This document shows positions 33,101 to 47,199 of a DNA stretch of 64,000 nt, piece after piece. Numbering within the stretch: the stretch's first letter is position 1; the number at the start of each line of letters is the position of its first letter. The notes under the pieces were generated by a model. It saw nothing but the letters and a program-made list of their open reading frames with translations, was not told the origin of the DNA and did not search any database. Position numbers and translations under genes: made by a program. Source of the stretch: Leptogorgia sarmentosa (lineage: Eukaryota); NCBI GenBank assembly GCA_964658305.1, contig OZ210885.1, positions 1 through 64,000 of the forward strand, in the 5' to 3' direction.

Positions 33101-36100
33101 ATTAAAAAGCAACAATAGTCAAGGAAGAAACAAAAAAAATTTTTTGAGTGAAAAAACCGAGAATAATTTCGTCAAGGTCCCTACAGTCTCCATTGCGCAT
33201 GCGCGGACGTCAAAATTTATTTTCATCGTTTTTTTCAACATCCCAACATTGTAAAAGGGTTAAAAAGCAAGAATAGTCAAGGAAGAAGAAAAAAAAACAA
33301 AAGGATTCGTCAAGTGCCCTACCATCCGCACAGAGCGAGTCTGGTAGATCGCCAGTAGGGACTTACTAAGGCAACCGGAACGCATCGGGGATGCCCGCTA
33401 TATCTTGACTGGTACAAGCTATGACTTTGACATTCAGGACACTCAGAGAGCAGGGAGATGCAGATCGGCCCCTAGACCATATGTGATAAGCACCTTGTCC
33501 TTTAGCGAAAGGCAATGTCGTAGTACTTGAACCAATAAGCTATATTCCGGATTTGTATTTAACTACGTCACACTCTTGTGGCGTGGTTGTTGTGGGACTC
33601 GTTTGGTGAATTTCATTGCGCATGCGCGTGCGTCAAAATTTGTTTTCTTCGTTTTTTCTTCGTTTTTTCAACATCCCAGACATTGTGAAAGTGTTAAAAG
33701 TAAGAATTGTCAAGGAAGAAACGGAAAAAAAAGTTTTGAGTGAAAAAAACCGAAACTAATTTCGTAAAGCGCATTGGGCATGCGCGTACGTCAAAATTTA
33801 TTTTCATCGTTTTTTCTTCGTTTTTTTCAGCATCCCAGACATTGTGAAAGTATTAAAAAGCAACAATAGTCAAGGAAGAAACAAAAAAATATTTTTGAGT
33901 GAAAAAACCGAGAATAATTTCGTCAAGGTCCGTAGTCTCCATTGCGCATGCGCGGACGTCAAAATTTATTTTCATCGTTTTTTTCAACATCCCAACATTG
34001 TAGAAGGGTTAAAAAGCAAGAATAGTCAAGGAAGAAGAAAAAAAAGGAAAAGGATTCGTCACGTGCCCTACCATCCGCACAGAGCGAGTCTGGTAGGAAA
34101 AGGCTGGCTGGAAAAGCTTGGAGCTAGGCTGGAAAATGTTGGTTGTAGGCTGGAAAAGGTAGGGGTTAGGCTGGAAAAGGTTGGGGTTAGGCTGTAAAAA
34201 GTTGGGGTTAGGCTGGAAAAGGTTGGAGTTAGGCTGGAAAAGGTTGCGGTTAGGCTGGAAAAGGCTGGGGTTAGGCTGAAAAGGCTGGGGCTAGGCTGGA
34301 AAAGGCTGCGGTTTGGCTGGAAAAGTTGCGGTTAGACTGGAAATGTCGCGCTTAGGCTAGAAAGGTTGCGGTTAGGCTGAAAAGGTGGGGGTTAGGCTGG
34401 AAAAGGTTGGGGTTAGGCTGGAAAAGTTTGGGGTTAGGCTGGAAAGGTTGCGGTTAGGCAGGAAAAGGCTGGGATTAGGCTGGAAAAGGCTGGGGTTAGG
34501 CTGGAAAAGGCTGCGGTTAGGATGGAAAAGGTTGCGGTTAGGCTGGAAAAGGCTGGGGTTAGGCTGGAAAAGTTGCGGTTAGGCTGAAAAGGTGGGGGTT
34601 AGGCTGGAAAAGGTTGGGGTTAGGCTGGAAAAGTTTGGGGTTAGGCTGGAAAGGTTGCGGTTAGGCTGGAAAAGGCTGGGGTTAGGCTGAAAAGGCTGCG
34701 GTTAGGATGGAAAAGGCTGCGGTTAGGATGGAAAAGGTTGCGGTTAGGCTGGAAAAGGCTGGGGTTAGGCTGGAAAAGTTGCGGTTAGGCTGGAAAAGTT
34801 GCGGTTAGGCTGGAAAAGTTGCGGTTAGGCTGGAAAAGTTGCGGTAAGGCTGGAAAAGTTTGGGGTTAAACTGGAAAAGGTTGGGGTTAGGCTGGAAAAG
34901 GTTGGGGTTAGGCTGGAAAAGGTTGCCATTAGGCTGGAAAAGTTGCGGTTAGGCTGGAAAAGTTGCGGTTAGGCTGGAAAGGTTGCGGTTAGGCTGGAAA
35001 AGGGTGGGGTTAGGCTGGAAAGGTTGCGGTTAGGTTGGAAAGGTTGCGGTTAGGCTGGAAAGGTTGCGGTTAGGAAGGAAAAGGCTGGGGTTAGCCTGGA
35101 AAGGTTGCGGTTAGGCAGGAAAAGGCTGGGGTTAGGCTGGAAACGTTGCGGTTATGCTGGAAAAGGCTGGGTTAGGCTGGAAAGGTTGCGGTTAGGCAGG
35201 AAAAGGGTGGGGTTAGGCTGGAAAAGTTGCGGTTAGGATGGAAAAGGCTGGGGTTAGGCTGGAAAGGTTGCGGTTAGGCTGGAAAAGGCTGGGGTTAGGC
35301 TGGAAAGGTTGCGGTTAGGCTGGAAAGGTTGCGGTTAGGCTGGAAAGGTTGCGGTTAGGCTGGAAAAGGGTGGGGTTAGGCTGGAAAGGTTGCGGTTAGG
35401 TTGGAAAGGTTGCGGTTAGGCTGGAAAGGTTGCGGTTAGGAAGGAAAAGGCTGGGGTTAGCCTGGAAAGGTTGCGGTTAGGCAGGAAAAGGCTGGGGTTA
35501 GGCTGGAAAGGTTGTGGTTAGGGAGGAAAAGGCTGGGGTTAGGCTGGAAAGGTTGCGGTTAGGCAGGAAAAGGGTGGGGTTAGGCTGCAAAGGTTGCGGT
35601 TAGGCTGGAAAAGGCTGGGGTTAGGCTGGAAAGGTTGCGGTTAGGCTGGAAAGGTTGCGGTTAGGCTGGAAAATGCTGGGGTTAGGCTGGAAAGGTTGCG
35701 GTTAGGCTGGAAAAGGTTCGGGTTAGGCTGGAAAGGTTGCGGTTAGGCTGGAAAAGGTTCGGGTTAGGCTGGAAAGGTTGCGGTTAGGCTGGAAAGGTTG
35801 CGGTTTGGCTGGAAAAGGCTGAGGTTAGGCTGGAAAAGGCTGGGGTTAGGCTGAAAAGGCTGGGGTTAGGCTGGAAAAGGCTGCGGTTAGGCTGGTAAAG
35901 GTTGCGGTTAGGCTGGAAAAGGCTGGGGTTAGGCTGGAAAGGTTGCGGTTAGGCAGGAAAAGGCGGGGGTTAGGCATGCGCGGACGTCAAAATTTATTTT
36001 CATCGTTTTTTTTCAACATCCCAACATTGTAGAAGGGTTAAAAAGCAAGAATAGTCAAGGAAGAACAAAAAAACAACAAAAGGATTCGTCAAGTGCCCTA

Positions 36101-39100
36101 CCATCCGCACAGAACGAGTCTGGTAGATCGCCAGTAGGGACTTACTAAGGCAACCGGAACGCATCGGGGATGCCCGCTATGTCTTGACTGGTAACAAGCT
36201 ATGGCTTTGACATTCAGGACACTCAGAGAGCAGGGAGATGCAGATCGGCCCCTTGACCATATGTGATAAGCACCTTGTCCTTTGGCGAAAGGCAATGTCG
36301 TAGCATGATAACCAATAAGCTATATTCCGGATTTGTATTTAACTACGTTGCACTCTTGTGGCGTGGTTGTTGTGGGACTCGTTTGGTGAATTTGATTGCG
36401 CATGCGCGTGCGTCAAAATTTGTTTTCTTCGTTTTTTCTTCGTTTTTTCAACATCCCAGACATTGTGAAAGTGTTAAAAGTAAGAATTGTCAAGGAAGAA
36501 ACGGAAAAAAAAGTTTTGAGTGAAAAAAACCGAAACTAATTTCGTAAAGCGCTTTGCGCATGCGCGTACGTCAAAATTTATTTTCATCGTTTTTTCTTCG
36601 TTTTTTTCAGAATCCCAGACATTGTGAAAGTATTAAAAAGCAACAATAGTCAAGGATGAAACAAAAAAAAAATTTTTGAGTGAAAAAACCGAGAATAATT
36701 TCGTCAAGGTCCGTAGTCTCCATTGCGCATGCGCGGACGTCAAAATTTATTTTCATCGTTTTTTTCAACATCCCAACATTGTAGAAGGGTTAAAAAGCAA
36801 GAATAGTCAAGGAAGAAGAAAAAAAAACAAAAGGATTCGTCACGTGCCCTACCATCCGCACAGAGCGAGTCTGGCAGGAAAAGGCTGGCTGGAAAAGCTT
36901 GGAGCTAGGCTGGAAAATGTTGGTTGTAGGCTGGAAAAGGTAGGGGTTAGGCTGGAAAAGGTTGGGGTTAGGCTGGAAAAAGTTGGGGTTAGGCTGGAAA
37001 AGGTTGGAGTTAGGCTGGAAAACGTTGGGGTTAGCCTGTAAAAGGTTGGGGTTAGGCTGAAAAGGCTGGGGTTAGGCTGGAAAAGGCTGGGGTTAGGCTG
37101 GAAAGGTTGCGGTTAGGCAGGAAAAGGCCGGGGTTAGGCTGGAAAGGTTGCGGTTAGGCTGGGGTTAGACTGGAAAGGTTGCGGTTACGCAGGAAAAGGC
37201 TGGAAGTAGCCTGGAAAGGTTGCGGTTAGGCAGGAAAAGGCTGGGGTTAGGCCGGAAAAAGCTGGGGTTAGGCTGGAAAGGTTGCGGTTAGGCTGGAAAA
37301 GGTTGGGGTTAGGCTGGAAAGGTTGCGGTTAGGCAGGAAAAGGCTGGGGTTAGGCTGGAAAAGGCTGCGGTTAGGCTGGAAAAGGCTGGGGTTAGGCCGG
37401 AAAAAGCTGGGGTTAGGCTGGAAAGGTTGCGGTTAGGCTGGAAAAGGTTGGGGTTAGGCTGGAAAGGTTGCGGTTAGGCAGGAAAAGGCTGGGGTTAGGC
37501 TGGAAAAGGCTGGGGTTAGGCTGAAAAGGCTGGGGTTAGGCTGGAAAAGGCTGCGGTTAGGCTGGAAAAGGTTGCGGTTAGGCTGGAAAAGACTGGGTTA
37601 GGCTGAAAAGGCTGGGGTTAGGCTGGAAAAGGCTGCGGTTAGGCTGGAAAAGGCTGGGGTTAGGCCGGAAAAAGCTGGGGTTAGGCTGGAAAGGTTGCGG
37701 TTAGGCTGGAAAAGGTTGGGGTTAGGCTGGAAAGGTTGCGGTTAGGCAGGAAAAGGCTGGGGTTAGGCTGGAAAAGGCTGGGGTTAGGCTGAAAAGGCTG
37801 GGGTTAGGCTGGAAAAGGCTGCGGTTAGGCTGGAAAAGGTTGCGGTTAGGCTGGAAAAGGATGGGGTTAGGCTGGAAAGGTTGCGGTTAGGATGGAAAAG
37901 GCTGGGATTAGGCTGGAAAGGTTGCGGTTAGGCTGGGGTTAGGCTGGAAAGGTTGCGGTTAGGCAGGAAAAGGCTGGGGTTTGGCTGGAAAAGGCTGGGG
38001 TTAGGCTGAAAAGGCTGGGGTTAGCCCGGAATAGGCTGGGGTTAGGCTGAAAAGGCTGGGGTTAGGCCTGAAAAAGCTGGGGTTAGGCTGGAAAGGTTGC
38101 GGTTAGGCTGGAAAAGGCTGGGGTTAGGCTGGAAAAGGCTGGGGTTAGGCTGAAAAGGCTGGGGTTAGGCTGGAAAAGGCTGCGGTTACGCAGGAAAAGG
38201 CTGGGGTTAGGCTGGAAACGTTGCAGTTAGGCAGGAAAAGGGTGGGGTTAGCCTGTAAAAGGTTGGGGTTAGGCTGGAAAGGCTGGGGTTAGGCTGGAAA
38301 AGGCTGGGGTTAGGCTGGAAAGGTTGCGGTTAGGCAGGAAAAGGCCGGGGTTAGGCTGGAAAGGTTGCGGTTAGGCTGGGGTTAGACTGGAAAGGTTGCG
38401 GTTACGCAGGAAAAGGCTGGAAGTAGCCTGGAAAGGTTGCGGTTAGGCAGGAAAAGGGTGGGGTTAGGCTGGAAAGCTTGCGGTTAGGCTGGAAAACACT
38501 GGGGTTAGGCTGGAAAGGTTGCGGTTAGGCTGGAAAACACTGGGGTTAGGCTGGAAAGGTTGCGGTTAGGCTGGAAAGGTTGCGGTTAGGCTGGAAAATT
38601 TTGGGGTTAGACTGCAGAGGTTTCGGTTAGGCTGGAAAACGCTGGGGTTAGGCTGGAAAGGTTGCGGTCAGGCTGGAAAAGTCTGGGGTTAGGCTGGAAA
38701 GGCTAGGGTTAGGCTGGAAAGGTTGCGGTTAGGCTGGAAAAGGCAGGGGTTAGGCTGGAAGGGTTGCGGTTAGGCAGGAAAAGGCTGGGGTTAGGCTGGA
38801 AAGGTTGCGGTTAGGCAGGAAAAGGCTGGGGTTAGGCTGGAAATGTTGCGGTTAGGCAGGAAAAGGCTGGGGTTAGGCTGGAAAGGTTGTGGTTAGGCTG
38901 GAAAAGGCTGGGGTTAGGCTGGAAAGGTTGCGGTTAGGCTGGAAAGGTTGCGGTTAGGCTGGAAAATTTTGGGGTTAGACTGCAGAGGTTTCGGTTAGGC
39001 TGGAAAACGCTGGGGTTAGGCTGGAAAGGTTGCGGTCAGGCTGGAAAAGTCTGGGGTTAGGCTGGAAAGGCTAGGGTTAGGCAGGAAAGGTTGCGGTTAG

Positions 39101-42100
39101 GCTGGAAAAGGCAGGGGTTAGGCTGGAAGGGTTGCGGTTAGGCAGGAAAAGGCTGGGGTTAGGCTGGAAAGGTTGCGGTTAGGCAGGAAAAGGCTGGGGT
39201 TAGGCTGGAAATGTTGCGGTTAGGCAGGAAAAGGCTGGGGTTAGGCTGGAAAGGTTGTGGTTAGGCTGGAAAAGGCTGGGGTTAGGCTGGAAAGGTTGCG
39301 GTTAGGCAGGAAAAGGCTGTGGTTAGGCTGGAAAGGTTGCGGTTAGGCAGGAAAAGGCTGGGGTTAGGCTGGAAAGGTTGCGGTTAGGCAGGAAAAGGCT
39401 GGGGTTAGGCTGGAAAGGTTGTGGTTAGGCAGTAAAAGGCTGGGGTTAGTCTGGAAAGGTTGCGGTTAGGCTGGAAAAAGCTGGGGTTAGGCTGGAAAGG
39501 TTGCGGTTAGGCTGGAAAAGGCAGGGGTTAGGCTTGAAAGGTTCCGGTTAGGCTGGAAAAGGCAGGGCTTAGGCTGGAAAGGTTGCGGTTAGGCTGGAAA
39601 GGTTGCGGTTAGGCAGGAAAAGGCTGGGGTTAGGCTTGAAAGGTTGCGGTTAGGCAGGAAAAGGCTGGGGTTAGGCTGGAAAGGTTGCGATTAGGCTGGA
39701 AAAGGCTGGGGTTATGCTTGAAAGGTTGCGGTTAGGCAGGAAAAGGCTGGGGTTAGGCTGGAAAGGTTGCGGTTAGGCTGGAAAAGGTTGGGGTTAGGCT
39801 GGAAAGGTTGCGGTTAGGCTGGAAAAGGCTGGGGTTAGGCTGGAAAGGTTGCGGTTAGGCTGGAAAGGCTGCGGTTAGGCTGGAAAAGGCTGGGGTTAGG
39901 CTGGAAAGGTTGCGGTTAGGCTGGAAAAGGGTGGGGTTAGGCTGGAAAGGTTGCGGTTAGGCTGGAAAGGTTGCGGTTCCGCTGCAAAAGGCTGGGATTA
40001 GGCTGGAAAGGTTGCGGTTAGGCTGGGGTTAGGCTGGAAAGGTTGCGGTTAGGCAGGAAAAGGCTGGGGTTAGGCAGGAAAAGGCTGGGGTTAGGCAGGA
40101 AAAGGCTGGGGTTAGGCTGAAAAGGCTGGGGTTAGGCAGGAAAAGGCTGGGGTTAGGCTGGAAAGGTTGCGGTTAGGCTGGAAAAGGATGGCGTTAGGCT
40201 GGAAAGGTTGTGGTTAGGCTGGAAAAGGCTGGGGTTAGGCTGGAAAGGTTGCGGTTAGGCTGGAAAAGGCTGGGGTTAGGCTGAAAAGGCTGGGGTTAGG
40301 CCGGAAAAGGCTGGGGTTAGGCTGAAAAGGCTGGGGTTAGGCTGGAAAAGGATGGGGTTAGGCTGGAAAGGTTGCGGTTAGGCTGGAAAAGGCTGGGGTT
40401 AGGCTGGACAGGTTGCGGTTAGGCTGGGGTTAGGTTGGAAAGGTTGCGGTTAGGCTGGAAAAGGATTGGGTTAGGCTGGAAAGGTTGCGGTTAGGCTGGA
40501 AAAGGCTGGGGTTAGGCTGGAAAGGTTGCGGTTAGGCTGGAAAGGTTGCGGTTAGGCTGGAAAGGTTGCGGTTAGGCTGGAAAAGGCTGGGGTTAGGCTG
40601 AAAAGGCTGGGGTTAGGCCGGAAAAGGCTGGGGTTAGGCTGAAAAGGCTGGGGTTAGGCCGGAAAAAGCTGGGGTTAGGCTGGAAAGGTTGCGGTTAGGC
40701 TGGAAAAGGCTGGGGTTAGGCTGGAAAAGGCTGGGGTTAGGCTGAAAAGGCTGGGGTTAGGCTGGAAAAGGCTGCGGTTAGGCTGGAAATGTTGCGGTTA
40801 GGCTGGGGTTAGGCTGGAAAGGTTGCGGTTAGGCAGGAAAAGGCTGGGGTTAGGCATGCGCGGACGTCAAAATTTATTTTCATCGTTTTTTTTGAACATC
40901 CCAACATTGTAGAAGGGTTAAAAAGCAAGAATAGTCAAGGAAGAACAAAAAAACAAAAGGATTCGTCACGTGCCCTACCATCCGCACAGAACGAGTCTGG
41001 TAGATCGCCAGTAGGGACTTACTAAGGCAACCGGATCGCATCGGGGATGCCCGCTATGTCTTGACTGGTAACAAGCTATGGCTTTGACATTCAGGACACT
41101 CAGAGAGCAGGGAGATGCAGATCGGCCCCTAGACCATATGTGATAAGCACCTAGTCCTTTAGCGAAAGGCAATGTCGTAGCATGATAACCAATAAGCTAT
41201 ATTCCGGATTTGTATTTAACTACGTTGCACTCTTGTGGCGTGGTTGTTGTGGGACTCGTTTGGTGAATTTCATTGCGCATGCGCGTGCGTCAAAATTTGT
41301 TTTCTTCGTTTTTTCTTCGTTTTTTCAACATCCCAGACATTGTGAAAGTGTTAAAAGTAAGAATTGTCAAGGAAGAAACGGAAAAAAAAGTTTTGAGTGA
41401 AAAAAACCGAAACTAATTTCGTAAAGCGCATTGCGCATGCGCGTACGTCAAAATTTATTTTCATCGTTTTTTCTTCGTTTTTTTCAGCATCCCAGACATT
41501 ATGAAAGTATTAAAAAGCAACAATAGTCAAGGAAGAAACAAAAAAAAAATTTTTGAGTGAAAAAACCGAGAATAATTTCGTCAAGGTCCGTAGTCTCCAT
41601 TGCGCATGCGCGGACGTCAAAATTTATTTTCATCGTGTTTTTCAACATCCCAACATTGTAGAAGGGTTAAAAAGCAAGAATAGTCAAGGAAGAAGAAAAA
41701 AACGAAAGGATTCGTCAAGTGCCCTACCATCCGCACAAAGCGAGTCTGGTAGGAGAAGGCTGGCTGGAAAAGCTTGGGAATAGGCTGGAAAAGGTTGGAG
41801 TTAGGCCGGAAAAGGTTGGGGTTAGGCTGGAAAAGGTTGGGGTTAGGCTGAAAAGGCTGGGGTTAGGCTGGAAAAGGCTGGGGTTAGGCTGGAAAGGTTG
41901 TGGTTAGGCTGGAAAAGGCTGGGGTTAGGCTGAAAAGGCTGGGGTTAGGCTGAAAAGGCTGGGGTTAGGCTGGAAAAGGCTGGGGTTAGGCTGGAAAGGT
42001 TGTGGTTAGGCTGGAAAAGGCTGGGGTTAGGCTGGAAAGGTTGCGGTTATGCTGGAAAAGGCTGCGGTTAGGCTGGAAAGGTTGCGGTTAGGCTGGAAAA

Positions 42101-45100
42101 GGATGGGGTTAGCCTGGAAAGGTTGCGGTTAGGCTGGAAAAGGCTGGGGTTAGGCTGGAAAGGTTGCCGTTAGGCAGGAAAAGGCTGGGGTTAGGCTGGA
42201 AAGGTTGCGGTTAGGCTGGGGTTAGGCTGGAAAGGTTGCGGTTACGCAGGAAAAGGCTGGGGTTAGGCTGGAAGCGTTGCGGTTAGGCAGGAAAAGGGTG
42301 GGGTTAGGCTGGAAAGGTTGCGGTTAGGCTGGAAAAGGCTGGTGTTAGGCTGGAAAGGTTGCGGTTAATCTGGAAAGGTTGCGGTCAGGCTGGAAAAGGC
42401 TGGGGTTAGGCTGGAAAGGTTGCGGTTAGGCTGGAAAAGGCTGGGGTTAGGCTGGAAAGGTTGCGGTTAGGCTGGAAAAGGTCGGGGTTAGGCTGGAAAG
42501 GTTGTGGTTAGGCTGGAAAAGGCTGGGGTTAGGCTGGAAAGGTTGCGGTTAGGCTGGAAAAGGCTGGGCTTAGGCTGCAAAAGGCTGGGGTTAGGCTGGG
42601 GTTAGGCTGGGGTTAGGCTGGAAAGGTTGCGGTTAGGCAGGAAAAGGCTGGGGCTAGGCTGGAAAGGTTGCGGTTAGGCAGGAAAAGGCTGGCGTTAGGC
42701 TGGAAAGGTTGCGGTTAGGCTGGAAAAGGATGGGGTTAGCCTGGAAAGGTTGCGGTTAGGCTGGAAAAGGCTGGGGTTAGGCTTGAAAGGTTGCGGTTAG
42801 GCAGGAAAAGGGTGGGGTTAGGCTGGAAAGGTTGCGGTTAGGCTGGAAAGGTTGCGGTCAGGCTGGAAAAGGCTGGGGTTAGGCTGGAAAGGTTGCGGTT
42901 AGGCTGGAAAAGGCTGGGGTTAGGCTGGAAAGGTTGCGGTTAGGCTGGAAAAGGTCGGGGTTAGGCTGGAAAGGTTGTGGTTAGGCTGGAAAAGGTCGGG
43001 GTTAGGCTGGAAAGGTTGTGGTTAGGCTGGAAAAGGCTGGGGTTAGGCTGGAAAGGTTGCGGTTAGGCTGGAAAAGGCTGGGCTTCGGCTGGAAAAGGAT
43101 GGGGTTAGCCTGGAAAGGTTGCGGTTAGGCTGGAAAAGGCTGGGGTTAGGCTTGAAAGGTTGCGGTTAGGCTGGAAAAGGCTGGTGTTAGGCTGGAAAGG
43201 TTGCGGTTAGGCTGGAAAGGTTGCGGTCAGGCTGGAAAAGGCTGGGGTTAGGCTGGAAAGGTTGCGGTTAGGCTGGAAAAGGCTGGGGTTAGGCTGGAAA
43301 GGTTGCGGTTAGGCTGGAAAAGGACGGGGTTAGGCTGGAAAGGTTGTGGTTAGGCTGGAAAAGGCTGGGGTTAGGCTGGAAAGGTTGCGGTTAGGCTGGA
43401 AAAGGCTGGGCTTAGGCTGGAAAAGGCTGGGGTTAGGCTGGGGTTAGGCTGGGGTTAGGCTGGGGTTAGGCTGGAAAGGTTGCGGTTAGGCAGGAAAAGG
43501 CTGGGGCTAGGCTGGAAAGGTTGCGGTTAGGCAGGAAAAGGCTGGCGTTAGGCTGGAAAGGTTGCGGTTAGGCTGGAAAAGGATGGGGTTAGCCTGGAAA
43601 GGTTGCGGTTAGGCTGGAAAAGGCTGGGGTTAGGCTTGAAAGGTTGCGGTTAGGCAGGAAAATGCTGGGGTTAGGCTGGAAAGGTTGCGGTTAGGCTGGA
43701 AAAGGCTGGGGTTAGGCTGGAAAGGTGGCGGTTAGGCTGGAAAGTTTGCGGTTAGGCTGGAAAAGGCTGGGGTTAGGCTGGAAAGGTTGCGGTTAGGCAG
43801 GAAAAGGCTGGGGTTAGGCTGGAAAGGTTGCGGTTAGGCTGGGGTTAGGCTGGAAAGGTTGGGGTTACGCAGGAAAAGGCTGGGGTTAGGCTGGAAAGGT
43901 TGGGGTTACGCAGGAAAAGGCTGGGGTTAGGCTGGAAGCGTTGCGGTTAGGCAGGAAAAGGCTGGGGTTAGGCTGGAAAGCTTGCGGTTAGGCAGGAAAA
44001 GTGTGGGATTAGGCTGGAAAGGTTGCGGTTATGCAGGAAAAGGCTGGGGTTAGGCTTAAAAGGTTGCGGTTAGGCAGCAAAAGGCTGGGGTTAGGCAGGA
44101 AAAGGCTGGGGTTAGGCTGGAAAGGTTGCGGTTAGGCTGGAAAAGGATGGGGTTAGGCTGGAAAGGTTGCGGTTAGGCTGGAAAAGGCTGGGGTTAGGCT
44201 GGAAAGGTTGCGGTTAGGCTGGAAAAGGATGGGGTTTGGCTGGAAAGGTTGCGGTTAGGCTGGAAAGGTTTCGGTTAGGCTGGAAAGGTTGCGGTTAGGA
44301 AGGAAAAGGCTGAGGTTAGGCTGGAAAGGTTGCGGTTAGGCAGGAAAAGGCTGGGGTTAGGCTGGAAAGGTTGCGGTTAGGCAGGAAAAGTGTGGTGTTT
44401 GGCTGGAAAGGTTGCGGTTAGGCTGGAAAAGGCTGGGGTTAGGCTGGAAAGGTTGCGGTTATGCAGGAAAAGGCTGGGGTTAGGCTTGAAAGGTTGCGGT
44501 TAGGCAGGAAAAGGCTGGGGTTAGGCTGGAAAGGTTGCGGTTAGGCTGGAAAAGGATGGGGTTAGGCTGGAAAAGGATGGGGTTAGGCTGGAAAGGTTGC
44601 GGTTAGGCTGGAAAAGGATGGGGTTAGGCTGGAAAGGTTGCGGTTAGGCTGGAAAAGGCTGGGGTTAGGCTGGAAAAGGCTGGGGTTAGACTGGAAAGGT
44701 TGCGGTTAGGCAGGAAAAGGCTGGGGATAGGCATGCGCGGACGTCAAAATTTATTTTCATCGTTTTTTTTCAACATCCCAACATTGTAGAAGGGTTAAAA
44801 AGCAAGAATAGTCAAGGAAGAACAAAAAAACAACAAAAGGATTCGTCAAGTGCCCTACCATCCGCACAGAACGAGTCTGGTAGATCGCCAGTAGGGACTT
44901 ACTAAGCCAACCGGAACGCATCGGGGATGCCCGCTATGTCTTGACTTGTAACAAGCTATGGCTTTGACATTCAGGACACTCAGAGAGCAGGGAGATGCAG
45001 ATCGGCCCCTAGACCATATGTGATAAGCACCTTGTCCTTTGGCGAAAGGCAATGTCGTAGCATGATAACCAATAAGCTATATTCCGGATTTGTATTTAAC

Positions 45101-47199
45101 TACGTTGCACTCTTGTGGCGTGGTTGTTGTGGGACTCGTTTGGTGAATTTCATTGCGCATGCGCGTGCGTCAAAATTTGTTTTCTTCGTTTTTTCTTCGT
45201 TTTTTCAACATCCCAGACATTTTGAAAGTGTTAAAAGTAAGAATTGTCAAGGAAGAAACGGAAAAAAAAGTTTTGAATGAAAAAAACCGAAACTAATTTC
45301 GTAAAGCGCATTGCGCATGCGCGTACGTCAAAATTTATTTTCATCGTTTTTTCTTCGTTTTTTTCAGCATCCCAGACATTGTGAAATTAAAAAGCAACAA
45401 TAGTCAAGGAAGAAACAAAAAAATATTTTTGAGTGAAAAAACCGAGAATAATTTCGTCAAGGTCCGTAGTCTCCATTGCGCATGCGCGGACGTCAAAATT
45501 TATTTTCATCGTTTTTTTCAACATCCCAACATTGTAGAAGGGTTAAAAAGCAAGAATAGTCAAGGAAGAAGAAAAAAAACAAAAGGATTCGTCAAGTGCC
45601 CTACCATCCGCACAAAGCGAGTCTGGTAGGAAAAGGCTGGCTGGAAAAGCTTGGGGATAGGCTGGAAAAGGTTGGAGTTAGGCTGGAAAAGGTTGGGGTT
45701 AGGCTGGAAAAGGTTGGGGTTAGGCTGAAAAGGCTGGGGTTAGGCTGGAAAAGGCTGGGGTTACGCTGGAAAGGTTGCGGTTACGCTGGAAAGGTTGCGG
45801 TTAGGCAGGAAAAGGCTGGGGTTAGGCTGGAAAGTTGCGGTTAGGCTGGGGTTAGGCTGGGGTTAGGCTGGAAAGGTTGCGGTTACGCAGGAAAAGGCTG
45901 GGGTTAGGCTGGAAGCGTTGCGGTTAGGCAGGAAAAGGGTGGGGTTAGGCTGGAAAGGTTGCGGTTAGGCTGGAAAAGGCTGGTGTTAGGCTGGAAAGGT
46001 TGCGGTTAGGCTGGAAAGGTTGCGGTCAGGCTGGAAAGGTTGCGGTTAGGAAGGAAAAGGCTGGGGTTAGGCTGGAAAGGTTGCGGTCAGGCTGAAAAAG
46101 GCTGGGGTTAGGCTGGAAAGGTTGCGGTTAGGCTGGAAAGGTTGCGGTTAGGCTGGAAAGGTTGCGGTTAGGAAGAAAAAGGCTGAGGTTAGGCTGGAAA
46201 GGTTGCGGTTAGGCAGGAAAAGGCTGGGGTTAGGCTTGAAAGGTTGCGGTTAGGCTGGAAAAGGATGGGGTTAGGCTGGAAAGGTTGCGGTTAGGCTGGA
46301 AAAGGCCGGGGTTAGGCTGGAAAGGTTGCGGTTAGGCTGGAAAGGTTGCGGTTAGGCTGGAAAAGGCTGGGGTTAGGCTGGAAAGGTTGCGGTTAGGCAG
46401 GAAAAGTGTGGGGTTAGGCTGGAAAGGTTGCGGTTAGGCTGGAAAAGGCTGGGGTTAGGCTGGAAAGGTTGCGGTTATGCAGGAAAAGGCTGGGGTTAGG
46501 CTTGAAAGGTTGCGGTTAGGCAGGAAAATGCTGGGGTTAGGCTGGAAAGGTTGCGGTTAGGCTGGAAAAGGATGGGGTTAGGCTGGAAAGGTTGCGGTTA
46601 GGCTGGAAAAGGCTGGGGTTAGCCTGGAAAAGTGGCGGTTAGGCTGGAAAGGTTGCGGTTAGGCTGGAAAAGGCTGGGGTTAGGCTGGAAAGGTTGCGGT
46701 TAGGCTGGAAAAGGGTGGGGTTAGGCTGGAAAGGTTGCGGTTAGGCTGGAAAGGTTGCGGTTAGGCTGGAAAGGGCTGGGGTTAGGCTGGAAAGGTGGCG
46801 GTTATGCAGGAAAAGGCTGGGGTTAGGCTTGAAAGGTTGCGGTTAAGCAGGAAAATGCTGTGGTTAGGCTGGAAAGGTTGCGGTTAGGCTGGAAAAGGAT
46901 GGGGTTAGGCTGGAAAGGTTGCGGTTAGGCTGGAAAAGGCTGGGGTTAGGCTGGAAAGGTTGCGGTTAGGCTGGAAAGGTTGCGGTTAGGCTGGAAAAGG
47001 CCAGGGTTAGGCTGGAAAGGTTGCGGTTAGGCAGGAAAAGTGTGGGGTTAGGCTGGAAAGGTTGCGGTTAGGCTGGAAAAGGCTGGGGTTAGGCTGGGGT
47101 TAGGCTGGAAAGGTTGCGGTTATGCAGGAAAAGGCTGGGGTTAGGCTTGAAAGGTTGCGGTTAGGCAGGAAAATGCTGGGGTTAGGCTGGAAAGGTTGC

